From the NCBI GenBank assembly GCA_016748015.1, contig JAAOMT010000088.1, positions 157,978-216,046 on the forward strand: a stretch of 58,069 nucleotides of DNA, given 5' to 3'. Source of the DNA: Geosiphon pyriformis uo1. Lineage: Eukaryota; Fungi; Glomeromycota. The notes below the pieces were generated by a model that was not told where the DNA came from, ran no database searches, and was given only the letters and a program-made list of their open reading frames with translations. The translations under genes were made by a program, and so were the position numbers. Shown here piece after piece: positions 1-11,189 of this stretch. Positions within the stretch are counted from its first letter, which is position 1; each line of letters starts with the position of its first letter.

Positions 1-412
1 AAAAAAAAAAAAAAAAAAAAAGTTTGTCCAACCAAAATGTTGTCATAACTGATTAGTAATATCAGGCATCATCGTCATAATTGTGAGTCATACATTAATG
101 AAGATGTAATAGGATAAATTATTTGCTCAGCTGCCACAGTATTTTGTAACCAACACTAAACAAGATCAGCGGAACGTGAGTTAAAAATGATTGAAGAATT
201 TCCAAAATTTAGATGTTCTCAAAAACGGGATCAAATATTTCTTAAAAAACTCTAAATTTAGAAATTGCAGACTCGCAGCAGCAAACCACCCTTACCAATA
301 TGTAACACAACCGCGGAACATTATAATAAAAGTATCATCAATCATTGTTTCCCGATAATTAATACCCATCAAAAATCTTTTTTTTTTTTCCATTCAAATC
401 AAAATCAACATC

Positions 413-1172
413 ATGCCTGCGAAATATCAAGTCAAAAGCATCAGAATCAAATTCCAATCTCCGAATATAACATGCACACGACTACAAGTACTTGGCAAAG
501 ATCATCCAGAATTTATTTATTTGAAGAACGATTTCTTAAAAACTCTCCAAGATATCAGTGTAATTTCTATCATAAGATTACAAATGCCAGATGCAATAAA
601 ACAGCGTCATGAAGCTTTGAAACGTGAAATGTCGATTGGATCTCATTTGCCTTTAGAGCAAATAACCAAACGAATGTATCATGGAACGAGTTATACTTGC
701 GACGCTATGGCGATTATTAAGACCAGAAAACCATGTGGGTTAACCCGTTGCAGTATGTGTGGTATAGTAAAAGCTGGAAATAGCGGCACAAAATCAAAAT
801 GGAATGGAAGTAAGGGAATATTTCGACCATTTTGATATTTTTTAATATTTTCTTTATCCGTTCACCTATTTTGGGTTGTTGGGTCAATTACAATTTCAGA
901 AATGTATTTCGCTTCCAATCCAGCAACCGCTTTACCTTATAGCCGACGACCAATGGCAGATTCTTGTGCACCAAGGGTCATGTTCATTGCTGATGTGCTT
1001 GCTCCTGAATACGACGACGTTGTTGGAACATGTCAAGAGGCGGTAATCACTATTTACAAAAAATTATTTAAATCTTACTTTCTAAATATAAATGCTCCAA
1101 TATATATGAATAATTATTTAGGCTGCTCTCCCTCGGTACCTCGTCATTTTCGAGCGTGAGATCGAATACTAA
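413..1172 (+). CDS. Small PARP-catalytic / ADP-ribosyltransferase-fold protein, 3 exons (413-809, 900-1042, 1122-1172)
   Basis: Spliced via GTAAGG..TTCAG and GTAATC..TTTAG. Product has MYHGT, a C-x(n)-CxxxxCxxC cluster, KMYFASNPATALPYS, RVMFIADV and terminal ALPRYLVIF, the motif order of fungal stand-alone PARP-like domains. Confidence 0.8.
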
Positions 1173-2141
1173 AAAAAAAAAAAAAAGAATAATTATTTGG
1201 TTCCAACTTACTAGAAAAGTTTAAAAATTCTTGGTTTGAATAATGAACAATCAAGCATGGCATTTTATGAATATTTATTTACAATTCACCAAAACAATGA
1301 AAATTTCACATTATCAATTTCATCATTTAAAAGCCCAAAGTTTTATGAAATTAAACAAAACTTGGGATAATCTTCTATCAATAAGATGCTCTTGAGGGTT
1401 CTCCTTTTCCAATTTCTTTTGTTCTTGCAACATCGTCATCATGAATAATTCCAAACTACTTTTTAAAAAACTCAAGAGTCGGGGAATTACATTGCATTTC
1501 AATAATCAACGTTAAACATATGAACAAAATTTTACTATGTGACCGATAAAGTTAATTGAAAAGTCAATTTTGTGAACGTATTCAAAATATATAGGAGGAA
1601 TAGTTCGAGGTTAAAAAAAAATTTCACGAGTTACGATAATATATAAAGAGCATGTTTACAAATCTCATTATGAAACAGATTGAATATCTTTTACTTAGCA
1701 GTGAGTAATCAATAGAAATGTTTTAAACTAATGTTTCAGAATTTGATTTAAAGCTATTTTTAGCTGAGAAGAGAAACGGATGCAAAGGAAGAATTTATCA
1801 TTAAATAAATTTTTTTTTGCTACTTTTATTTTATGGAAATCTTGACAAATCCTCAAACAATGAAAATTTTATAAAGTAGAAATTTGGTTGATGAATTATT
1901 TGAGTATTTATCCAAGTTTTTTCAAATAATGGGGTTTTAAATTATCCTATGTAAAATATCTCTTTTTCAATCGAATGATTTCACAGGTAAAATAACTTTA
2001 TCTCATCGAATTTTAATGTTACACCAATTTATAAAAAATATCTTGAATCCCCATTTTTAATTCACAATTGGGTTTGCTGAAATAAATAAATAAATGAAAA
2101 TTCAATTGGACGAATTGGGCAAACAAATGATATTTCCTTCT

Positions 2142-2846
2142 TTAGCGCCAACGAGGTGGTTCAATGCTTAAAGTCAACAGCGAAGTCCATAAACCATCAT
2201 CCTTTGGCATTTCATTATTTTCGCATGCTTCAAGCCGAGTCACATTCAAAGAGTTTCCTTCGCACTATATAAGTAGACGCAAATTTAATACAATTAAATT
2301 ATTCATTTCTATACCATATTTTTTAATGACTTGTAGAGAAATGTGGAGTTTTCAAAGGATAGAATAGTGAAAAATGCATCTAAATAAAAATCTTTATAAA
2401 AAAAAGGTGTTCGTGAGAATGCTTATGAAATTCATTACACATATGATCATCTTCTTGCTTTAAAGCAAGGGAGATGAATTTTTGGTATCTGAGGAAATAA
2501 TTACATATGTTATTAGATTGGTCGATCTTAATTTGTGATGGGTGAACTGATCAGTTGCATGAATAAGATACTGAAAATGATTTTATGCAATCCTGTTACT
2601 CTGTACTTCATTGTGCATGCATTTTGTGCATCTTCCTCCACTTCAACAAAATAGCTGCGAATGGCTAAAAACCGTAAGCATTATGCCCAAGGTAAAAAGC
2701 TGAAAGTTTATGTATTTTGCAAACTCTGTATTCCACTTCCCATAATTCCTAAAACTAACATTAAAAAAATCATCTGATAAGATACTGTGTGTTAGGAAAA
2801 AGGATAAGTAAATAGATAAAGATATTGTAGCTGTTAAGAATGCCAT
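2142..2846 (-). CDS. Putative small multi-exon protein with hydrophobic N-terminus, function unknown; 5' exon structure uncertain
   Basis: The three 3' exons join in frame through canonical introns (YQKFISLALKQEDDHMY / AFFTILSFENSTFLYKSLKNM / CEGNSLNVTRLEAC...PPRWR*). Upstream ORF starts MAFLTATISLSIYLSFFL. Confidence 0.4.
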
Positions 2847-2989
2847 TAATTATTGTAATGTCAATATCCACTTTGAAATAGAATAAAGTGATAATTGTGG
2901 TAGATAAAATTATAATATATCGATTTATTTCATAAGGGCATTGAAAACAATTTCATAGTTTTGAACGATACAAAATTCATATGGAATGG

Positions 2990-3985
2990 AATCTTAAAAA
3001 AACTGCGAATTGTGTTGAATATAATTAAAAAAAACCAATTCAAAAGAATTTAAGTTATTAAAAATATCAAATAAAATTTTTCAAGTATATAAAAAATAAA
3101 TTTTTTTTTAAGTTTAATTTAAAGAACATTAATTAATTTTTACAATTTTTATTTTTTAAATGATAATAAATCTTGAATGATAATTTTTTTTTACTCTTTT
3201 AATAATTAAACCAAAAAAGTTGAAAATTTTTATATTAAATTCTTAAAGCTTTTAATGAATAAATAATACTTATTTCAAGAAAATTTATTTTTTTAATTAA
3301 AATATTTTTAATTAATTTTTTTTTACAAAACAATATATTATTAAAATTTAATAAAAAATCAATTTGGTTCGTTAATTTATATTTTAAAAAAAATTAATAA
3401 TATATAATTAATTTTATATTAGTATATAAAAAATATAAAAAATGACTTACATTAAAAACAATAATTTACATATAAATAAAATAAATCAGTTTAAAACATA
3501 AATTGAAAATTATTTTTTAATTATCATATTTTATACAAATTATTTTTATTTATTTATATGTTAAATTAAACAATTTTTGTTTTGTTTTTAATATAATAGC
3601 AAAAGTTCAATTAAAAAAATTAATAATAATTTGATAAATAATTGAAAATTAAAAATTAAAAATTTTATTATTTTATTTTCTAATCATTAATTACAAAACT
3701 TTGGCACAAAAAAATATTTAAATGTTATATTTAATTTTGATATTTTTTATTTATTTATTTCATTCATAATTAATATTATTAAAAAAATTCTATGTAATTA
3801 AATTAAAAAAAAATTATTTTGTTTATATTTTATCATAATATATTGTATATATATATTAATTAAAATTATAAAAACTTATAAAATTTTTTATTTTAATAAT
3901 TATTAGAATAAATTATTTTTAAAATTAATATTAACAAAAATTTGAAACATTAAATGTTAAAAAAAACTTATCTTAAAATAAATTG
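2990..3985. other. Hyper-AT island (putative hypermutated repeat relic)
   Basis: Almost devoid of G/C and CpG; abrupt return to normal composition on both sides. Confidence 0.7.
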
Positions 3986-4118
3986 GTTGGAGGATAAATG
4001 CGTTGTACGATAATAGTTGGCGGTTGGATTAAACCGTGAATCCAAGGAAAATAATAAATAAATAAATAATTATATTTTTCAATTTATTAAATCATTCAAT
4101 CAAGTATTTAATAAATGG

Positions 4119-4148
4119 GTGGCTGGTCGCGCGCGAGCCACATCTAAT
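4119..4148 (+). mobile_element. Helitron-like 3' terminus (GC-rich hairpin followed by CTRR|T)
   Basis: GTGGCT-ggtcgcgcgcg-AGCCAC hairpin followed by atCTAAt, in an otherwise AT-rich context just right of an AT island. Confidence 0.4.
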
Positions 4149-4609
4149 GTACCATAATTGATTTAGTGGATTACACCTTCGGCAAAAAAAAAAAATTTAA
4201 TTAATTAAGTTAACATTAAAGCACAATCTACTAAAATATGTTGATTCATATACCAAAATGAATTAGAATTCGAAAATATTAAAATTTAGTAATTTAGTAA
4301 CTATTCTAGAGACCCATTCAATACAAGAAACAAAATTCAAATCTTTTATTCAACTTAAAGATCCATAGAGGGTTTGAATTTCTTACCAATAACATATCAG
4401 CGATCTTGTCACGAGTACGTTTCTTTTGGACCTATAATTTCTAAGAAAATCGAATGCAATCGGTATAATCAAATCAATCTTGCTTGCAAAATTCTCACCA
4501 GCTTAAGAAATTTTGAGGCAATGAAATTATAATAATAATAGTAATAATAATAATAATAATAAGCTTTTAGCAATAAATAAAATATAGACTCAAAAAACGG
4601 ACTAAAGAA

Positions 4610-4939
4610 ATGTCAGTAGCATATGCAAATTCTCTTCGTACACAACCCACCCGCTCTCACATTATTCATCTGTATCGCTCGTTTCTGCGCGCAAGCAACA
4701 CGTTCGCAAACTATAATTTTCGCGACTATGTAAAACGTCGTACGCGAGATTCATTTTGTGAACACAAAAGCGAGACAGATCCGCTCAAGATTACTGAACT
4801 AGTTCAAAAAGCGGAACGAGAGTTGGTGGTAGTGAAGCGACAAGGATATTTGAATGGGTTATATGCAGTAGATCGATTGGTGGTTGAGCAGGAAGCATTG
4901 AAGGGAAGTAATAAAACGAGATTGCGTGGATGGAATTGA
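4610..4939 (+). CDS. ISD11: LYR-motif protein Isd11/LYRM4, mitochondrial Fe-S cluster assembly (Nfs1 partner)
   Basis: LYRSFLR...FANYNFRDYVKRRTRDSF...ELVVVKRQ...LYAVDRLVVE is the Isd11 signature; intronless 109 aa ORF. Confidence 0.95.
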   Translation: MSVAYANSLRTQPTRSHIIHLYRSFLRASNTFANYNFRDYVKRRTRDSFCEHKSETDPLKITELVQKAERELVVVKRQGYLNGLYAVDRLVVEQEALKGSNKTRLRGWN

Positions 4940-5446
4940 GAATGGTGGCATAAACGCAATTCTTTTATGTGGGAACTTAATGGTAGACAAGATTGGATTT
5001 ACTGGATGGCTTTCCTAAAGCCAAGAACATTGGTGCAGGGATATTTTTGCCTTCGTTTTCGAATATCTGTAAATTAATCAGTGGAGCAGTTTTGGAATTG
5101 TAATTGATTGGATATTTGGACTCATAGATTTCCACGATGAACATAATAGTTAATGTAGTAAAGTAATCTTGAGAGTCGAAAGAAGGCTTATCTTATTCAA
5201 AAGAACCTCAAGTGTCTGATTCAATGAGTGATGGTTCAAACATAATAAGAGCATCCAACTATCTAGAGATCCTTCATTCTGGCTTTGAGTCTTTTTTACA
5301 TTTAAATACAATAGTTTCTGATACTAAACGTATTTTACTAATTTCATTTTATGAAGCTTAAAAAGAATTGACCAATAAATTTTAATAATATAAACAAATC
5401 AGGGAAAATTGATGGTGTCTATTACTGCAATCTACAAATTTATGTT

Positions 5447-5847
5447 CTAAACTTTCTTTTCTTTGCGTTCACGCTCCTTCTGAATACGTTCTTTTTCTCG
5501 GCGGTCCTCTTCTTCGATTATATCATCCCCTGTCAATCCACCCTGAAACTCTTCCATGAAAGTGTGATGTCCATGAGTAGTTGGTTGATGTGAGCTTTTG
5601 TCAAAATGAATAATTTATTAATGTGTCTCTTCAAGTCAAAGATGAAATTTATAATGAACTACCTTCCCTCTTTTTCCTCCTTCTCTCTCGATTCTTCCGC
5701 ATCACTTTTCTTTTGATTTTCCGTTTGACCATACAGTAAGTGACGTGTATGATCCAACTTGTCAGTGGTGGTTGGAGCACCTGCGTAACCTGCTGACAGG
5801 CCAGTTTCGCGAGAAATTTTATCCTTGGAAGGATCAATGCCAGACAT
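5447..5847 (-). CDS. Small highly charged hydrophilic protein, 2 exons (5847-5663, 5594-5447)
   Basis: MSGIDPSKDKISRETG...EEKEG, intron GTAGTT..AAAG, then SHQPTTHGHHTFMEEFQGG...KEKKV*; splice is in frame. Confidence 0.7.
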
Positions 5848-6147
5848 GATTTTGAATTGAAGATAAATATTTGGTGGTTCGCAAGGGGAACGAATGGTTA
5901 TTATCAATAAAAATTTAAATTTGAGGAAACTTCTCTTGTTCCCACGCCACTTTTTAGATCCAGTCACATGCTCAATGCCATGACCAATAATGACATATTT
6001 GATGATGAAATTTTTCGAGAGACTGAAACCTATCGAAAAATGTTTTGTCACTTCTTTAACTTGACTGATTCGGAAAACAAGGGATTCGTTTTCTGCGTAA
6101 ATAAATAAAAGTTTAGTCACAATAGTGAAAGGAAAACTAGTATAAAA

Positions 6148-6861
6148 ATGGCTCGTAAACAAAAGACAACAAATAAGCTTTTAACTTCCACCCCTAGACC
6201 TGCTGATAACCAAAAGATCGCTCGGGTTTTAGGTGGAAGAGGAAAAAATCTCCATGAAGTTGAATACTCTGACCAGAGCACAACTTTATGTACATTGCCA
6301 CCAAAGTTTCGTAGCTTGGTCTGGGTAAAAAGAGGTATAATTCGCAATTTCATTGCATGATGTAATTGTTAGATTCGATTATGATATAAGAAAAATTCCC
6401 GATTCCTTTGATCTTCACCATTTAAGGTAGTTACGTTATAATAGCACCTTCAGAATCAGATCGTATAAATAAAATTGGGGGTGAAATTGTTCATGTTCTG
6501 TTGCCAAAACACATCAAAGAATTGAAGTCGGAAGGGATATGGTATTTGGATTTGTACAACTTTGATTTGCTCACGTTTTATTATCATAATACATAATTAT
6601 ATCGCATTTTTGCCAATCAAAGGTCCAAAGAATTTGATGTAAAAGAGGATCCATCGTTTATGCTGACAAGGTTTTTTATGATGAGCCTCATTAAATTAGC
6701 ATTTAATTATAAAACCCCTGATAAATAAACTTTCTTTCATAATCATTAGATCCCATCACGAAGAAAATTCAGATAGCGATATCTTTGTCAATACAAATCG
6801 AGAGGTGGTGGAAGACGAATCTTCATCGAGTGAAGGCTCACATTCAGATTCAGAAGAGTAG
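6148..6861 (+). CDS. EIF1AD: eIF1A-domain (S1-like) RNA-binding protein EIF1AD, 4 exons
   Basis: IARVLGGRGKNLHEV...LPPKFRSLVWVKRGSYVII...KIGGEIVHVL...HIKELKSEGIW and C-terminal DIFVNTNR plus acidic tail; canonical introns. Confidence 0.9.
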
Positions 6862-7007
6862 CTATTCAAATTCAAATTCAAGGCACTAGATTGCCCTGCG
6901 TATATGTAGTGCTTGATTTTCAATTAAGAACTTTATTAGAAGTTTAGTCTTCCTACCAACTGCACACGACTTCAGGTAGATAATAGTTTTTCAATTCTCC
7001 GCGCATT

Positions 7008-7595
7008 CTAGTTCTTTCTATCGATCAAACATTCTAGCTTTTTTTGCGATTCTGGATTTTCAATTTTTTGCATTCGACGTTCAGCAGCTAAAACCAAAGG
7101 ATTCAATCCAGAACCAAAAGATTCTTGTAATAAAGAACCACCACCTAAACGTTGTCCACCATATGTATCGCTACTTGCAGTTATTTTGCTATGTTTATTT
7201 CCTGCCTTCCGAGTCTTATCATTATTGGCAATGTTTTTCAACCCCTGACCGCGATTTTTTTGAGCTTCTCTATTTGTTGAAGCTTGATGTTGAATCTTAG
7301 CATAAGGAATCTGGGGAGTTTTTTTTTGGTCTTGTTGCCCCTCCCCCCCTTAGAGCCAAATAGATAAGAAAATTACATTATTTTAGTAAAGAGAAGCGGT
7401 TTGAACTTAAAATTTGCACAAAATTCATAATCAGGTTTAATATAGCGTTAAGAATGGCTAAAGAATTATTCAAAAAACCAGTTTTGAAGCGGAAACAAAT
7501 TGCCTAGTTTAAAAAGTGATCAGAGCAATTGATTTACAACTTTGTTGGTTTTGTTGCGTTCGAGCAGAAGGTCGAGTCTGGCGGGTAAAAGACAT
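7008..7595 (-). CDS. Small basic/hydrophilic protein with GQRLGG and AAERR motifs (possible Cdc48/p97-binding motifs); first exon uncertain
   Basis: Open frame from the acceptor near 7349 to TAG at 7008; a compatible first exon MSFTRQTRPSARTQQNQQS ends at a GTAAAT donor. Confidence 0.55.
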
Positions 7596-7705
7596 AACAA
7601 AGTTTTGGAGTTGAAGGAATTTGAAGATGAGATCCATTTATATAAGCCTATGAAATGGAATCTTGCCATCAGCTGTGTGGCTGAGCAAAATTTTCGTCAA
7701 AAACC

Positions 7706-10700
7706 ATGTCTTTTGTGGAGGAGACTGTCTTCAATTCAAAGACGACCAAAAAAAATTTTACGATATCTCTTTTCGAAGAAGGTAGGAATATGAAGCTCTA
7801 GGTTTTCTTTTGGTGAGAATCCTGTGTTTTAAATATGACGTTATTGAAGATTTGCGACCCCGCACTGCATCTGGGAAAGAGAAAGGACAATACTCTCAAT
7901 TTGACAGAGAAGAGAGAGAAGAGAGTGGTAGCGAGCCAGATCGTGATGATTTTTTCTCTGATGAACAAAAAGACGTTGAGCACGAAGAAACATATTCTTT
8001 GAGTGAGGAAGACGAGGAGCTAAAGGAGCAAGTCTTTTCCAGAAAATATGATAAGAAAGACAAAAAAATCTTAGGCAATGAATCTTCTAAAGCAAGTCAT
8101 GAAGACACAGATGAGACTATAATTGAAGTTGACTCTGATAACGAAGAAAGAGGGATAACAGAAAAAACAGATAAAGGCAATAAAAAAGAAGAAAAGCAAA
8201 AGAACAAAAAGGATAAAAAAAAAACTGATCCTTTGGCCCCAATAATATCGAAATATCTCCGACACTCCGAAACCCCTTTGAGTAAAAAGAATTTAGAGGT
8301 TTGCCTTTATTAAATTTAATTTCTCAATTTTTATATAAATAGATCTCCTTAACTATATGCTTTTCATATTTTCCCAAGAAAATAAAAAACAAAAGACTAA
8401 AAAGAACTTTAGAGCGTACAGAAAACAAATTTAATGAAGCAGCTACACAAGCTGCGCGATCCGAATTATTGTTGACTGAAGAGGCCGGGTAATGTGCTAC
8501 TCGGATTTTGATCTTTATAGTTGAATAGCTATATATAATTGAAACCATCAACACAGGTATCTTAAAGCAGATGGACTGGAAAAAACCTACTCGTTTACCC
8601 AAGAAAAATTGAAAGAACATATAGACATTAATTCAGCCGCAAAGGTTGGTGGAAGATGGAGTGAGTTTCAACTTATTATATAACATTGAACCATCTAATT
8701 TCGCATTCTTCATGAACTCATTAGATTTTTAATTTAAATCTTCCCACTTTTGGACCATATGCTCTGGATTACACACGGAATGGCCGGTAGGAAACGTATG
8801 GAATTACGCTACATTCAAAAATCTCGGATTGCTTTTTTTTTAATCATCTACTTACCTTTTCCATTTTTGTTCCATCTCCATTGAAGTCATATGCTAATAG
8901 GTGGTCAAAAAGGACATATTGCAACCTTCGATTGGCAGATTGGTCATTTAAGCTGTGAATTTCATGTGAAGGAGACGGTACGGGATGTAAAGTATGTAAT
9001 TTTTTTGTATATCCATTATGATGATTCTCTTCTTATTCGCCGTTCAATTTTCAGATGGCTTCACAATGAACAATTCTTTGCGGTTGCACAAAAAAAGTAT
9101 GTATATATATATGACCACAGTGGTCTTGAGGTTCATCGTCTCAAAAAACATATCGAAATCAATAAACTGGAATTTTTGCCATACCACTTTTTACTTGCTT
9201 CTGTGGTAAGACTTCAATGGTAACTGGATTTTCTTTTTCCTATAAATTACGTTTTTATAATTTAATCCTTTTATAGGGAAACTCAGGGTGGCTACATTAC
9301 CAAGACACCTCTACTGGTAAATTTGTCGCAGAGATGAAAACAAAGCTTGGTAAATGCGAGGTGATGTGCCAGAACCCCTGGAATGCAATAATTCACCTGG
9401 GTCATTCAAATGGTTGGTATGACCTTGTAAACCTAATGAGTAACCATTTGATATATTCCCATATCTTTATAAACAATTTTTTTTATACTAGGGACGGTAA
9501 CCTTATGGTCTCCAAATATGTCAACGCCTTTGGTTAAAATGTTGACACACAAAGGACCAGTAACATCCCTCGCTATTGATCAATCTGGAAAGTTAGTAAA
9601 TTTATAAATTAATGTTTTGCTTTTAACCTATACATTGCTAAATTTATTGAATGTCTTTCAAACAGATATATGGCAACGTCAGGCCTTGATGGACAGCTGA
9701 AGCTTTGGGATATTCGGCAATATAAGTTACTTAATTCTTATTTCACGCCTACCCCTGCTTCTTGTCTCTCAATTTCACAATTAGGTCTTTTGGCTGTTGG
9801 GTGGGGGCCTCATATTAGTGTAGGCATTTCTGATATTCCCTCGAAAGTTGATTTCATTATAAAGGTTCAATAAATTCATTTTATATACGCAGATTTGGAA
9901 AGATTCATTCCTTACAAAACAGCAATCGCCATATATGACTCATCTCCAGCCTGCAACTCAAGTAAAAGATCTTCATTTTTGTCCTTTTGAAGATGTTCTA
10001 GGATTTGGTCATTCACAAGGAATTTCAAGTTTGGTCATCCCAGGTAAATTTCATGGCTAACTTTTCTCGTACTTGGTTATAATTTTAATATAGCGAAGCT
10101 TTAATCTTATGATGCCCTTATTGTTCAATATCAATAACAGGATCAGGTGAACCTAATTTTGATACCCTCGAGAATAATCCATTCCAGACGAAAAAACAGA
10201 GACAAGAAGCAGAAGTTCATAGCCTCTTGGACAAGGTTTTAGTGGAACAATATATATTATAATTATATAATAGATTAGTTCTAATACATCTTTTATGGCT
10301 ACTCACACCTCTTAACACAGATTCAACCCGAAATGATCACGCTAGATCCAAATATCATTGGCAAAATGGATCGGACACCCCAAGAGCTCCGAGAAAAAGA
10401 ACGCGAAGCGAGTATTTTTTTCTTGATTTCTCCTCAAGATCCCTATTTGATACTTTTGAATGAATAAGATTATATTTTGTACAAAAGATGGAAGAACAAT
10501 CCCAAAACATATCCAAACCTCGCAATAAAGCACGAGGTAAAAATTCCTCGTTGAAAAGGTACCTTCGAAAGAAAAGCAAAAATGTCATTGATGAGACAAA
10601 GGTTGGTGAATTCCCATTACATTCTCATTGATAATCTTATTTGATACTTAATTTTTGTTCTTGATCCTAAGGTACGGCTTCAGGAGCAAATTGCACGGGA

Positions 10701-10803
10701 AAAGCAAGAACGTGAAAAACGCGCCCGTGGTTATTCTGATGACAAGCCACCTACTGCTTTAGATCGATTTGATAGGGGTTTCACTAAAAAAAGAAAGGTA
10801 TAA
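7706..10803 (+). CDS. UTP7: U3 snoRNA-associated protein Utp7 / WDR46 (WD40 + BING4CT), multi-exon
   Basis: [101 protein letters not shown]-terminal ALDRF; many canonical short introns. Confidence 0.96.
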
Positions 10804-11189
10804 TTTTTCAAGTACTCCAAGGTAAGGACGTTCCAAAATCCTTGTTGGAATTCGCAAAGTTTCAAGTGAAACAAGAGTATTTGGATTCAATTCAGCTGAG
10901 AATTACCTTTGTCACTAATTAGCATTTGAACAGGCAAATAAATCATTTTGACAAATTCTTTTTAATCTGAAAATTTGTTAAAACTTGAAAAAAAAAATTG
11001 TTTTTATGAGTAAATTAATAAATCTAATAATTAATTGTAGAATTAAGAAATTGTTTTTATACATATTTTTTATTGATTTATCGTATTCATTTTTTGTTAT
11101 TAATATATATTATGATAAACCAAAATACACTAACTGTTATACGATAAGATAATTTGGTTTATTATGAGACATAACTAGAACCTAAAAAA

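Noticed and set aside
1171-1186. Poly-A directly after the PARP-like stop codon, suggesting a retrocopy
   Set aside because: The gene retains two introns, and A-runs are common throughout the window.
7798-10588. Minus-strand ORFs overlapping UTP7 (and similar shadow ORFs over EIF1AD, the ankyrin gene and the F-box gene; also 265-612)
   Set aside because: Antisense or alternate-frame shadows of real genes with no independent motifs.
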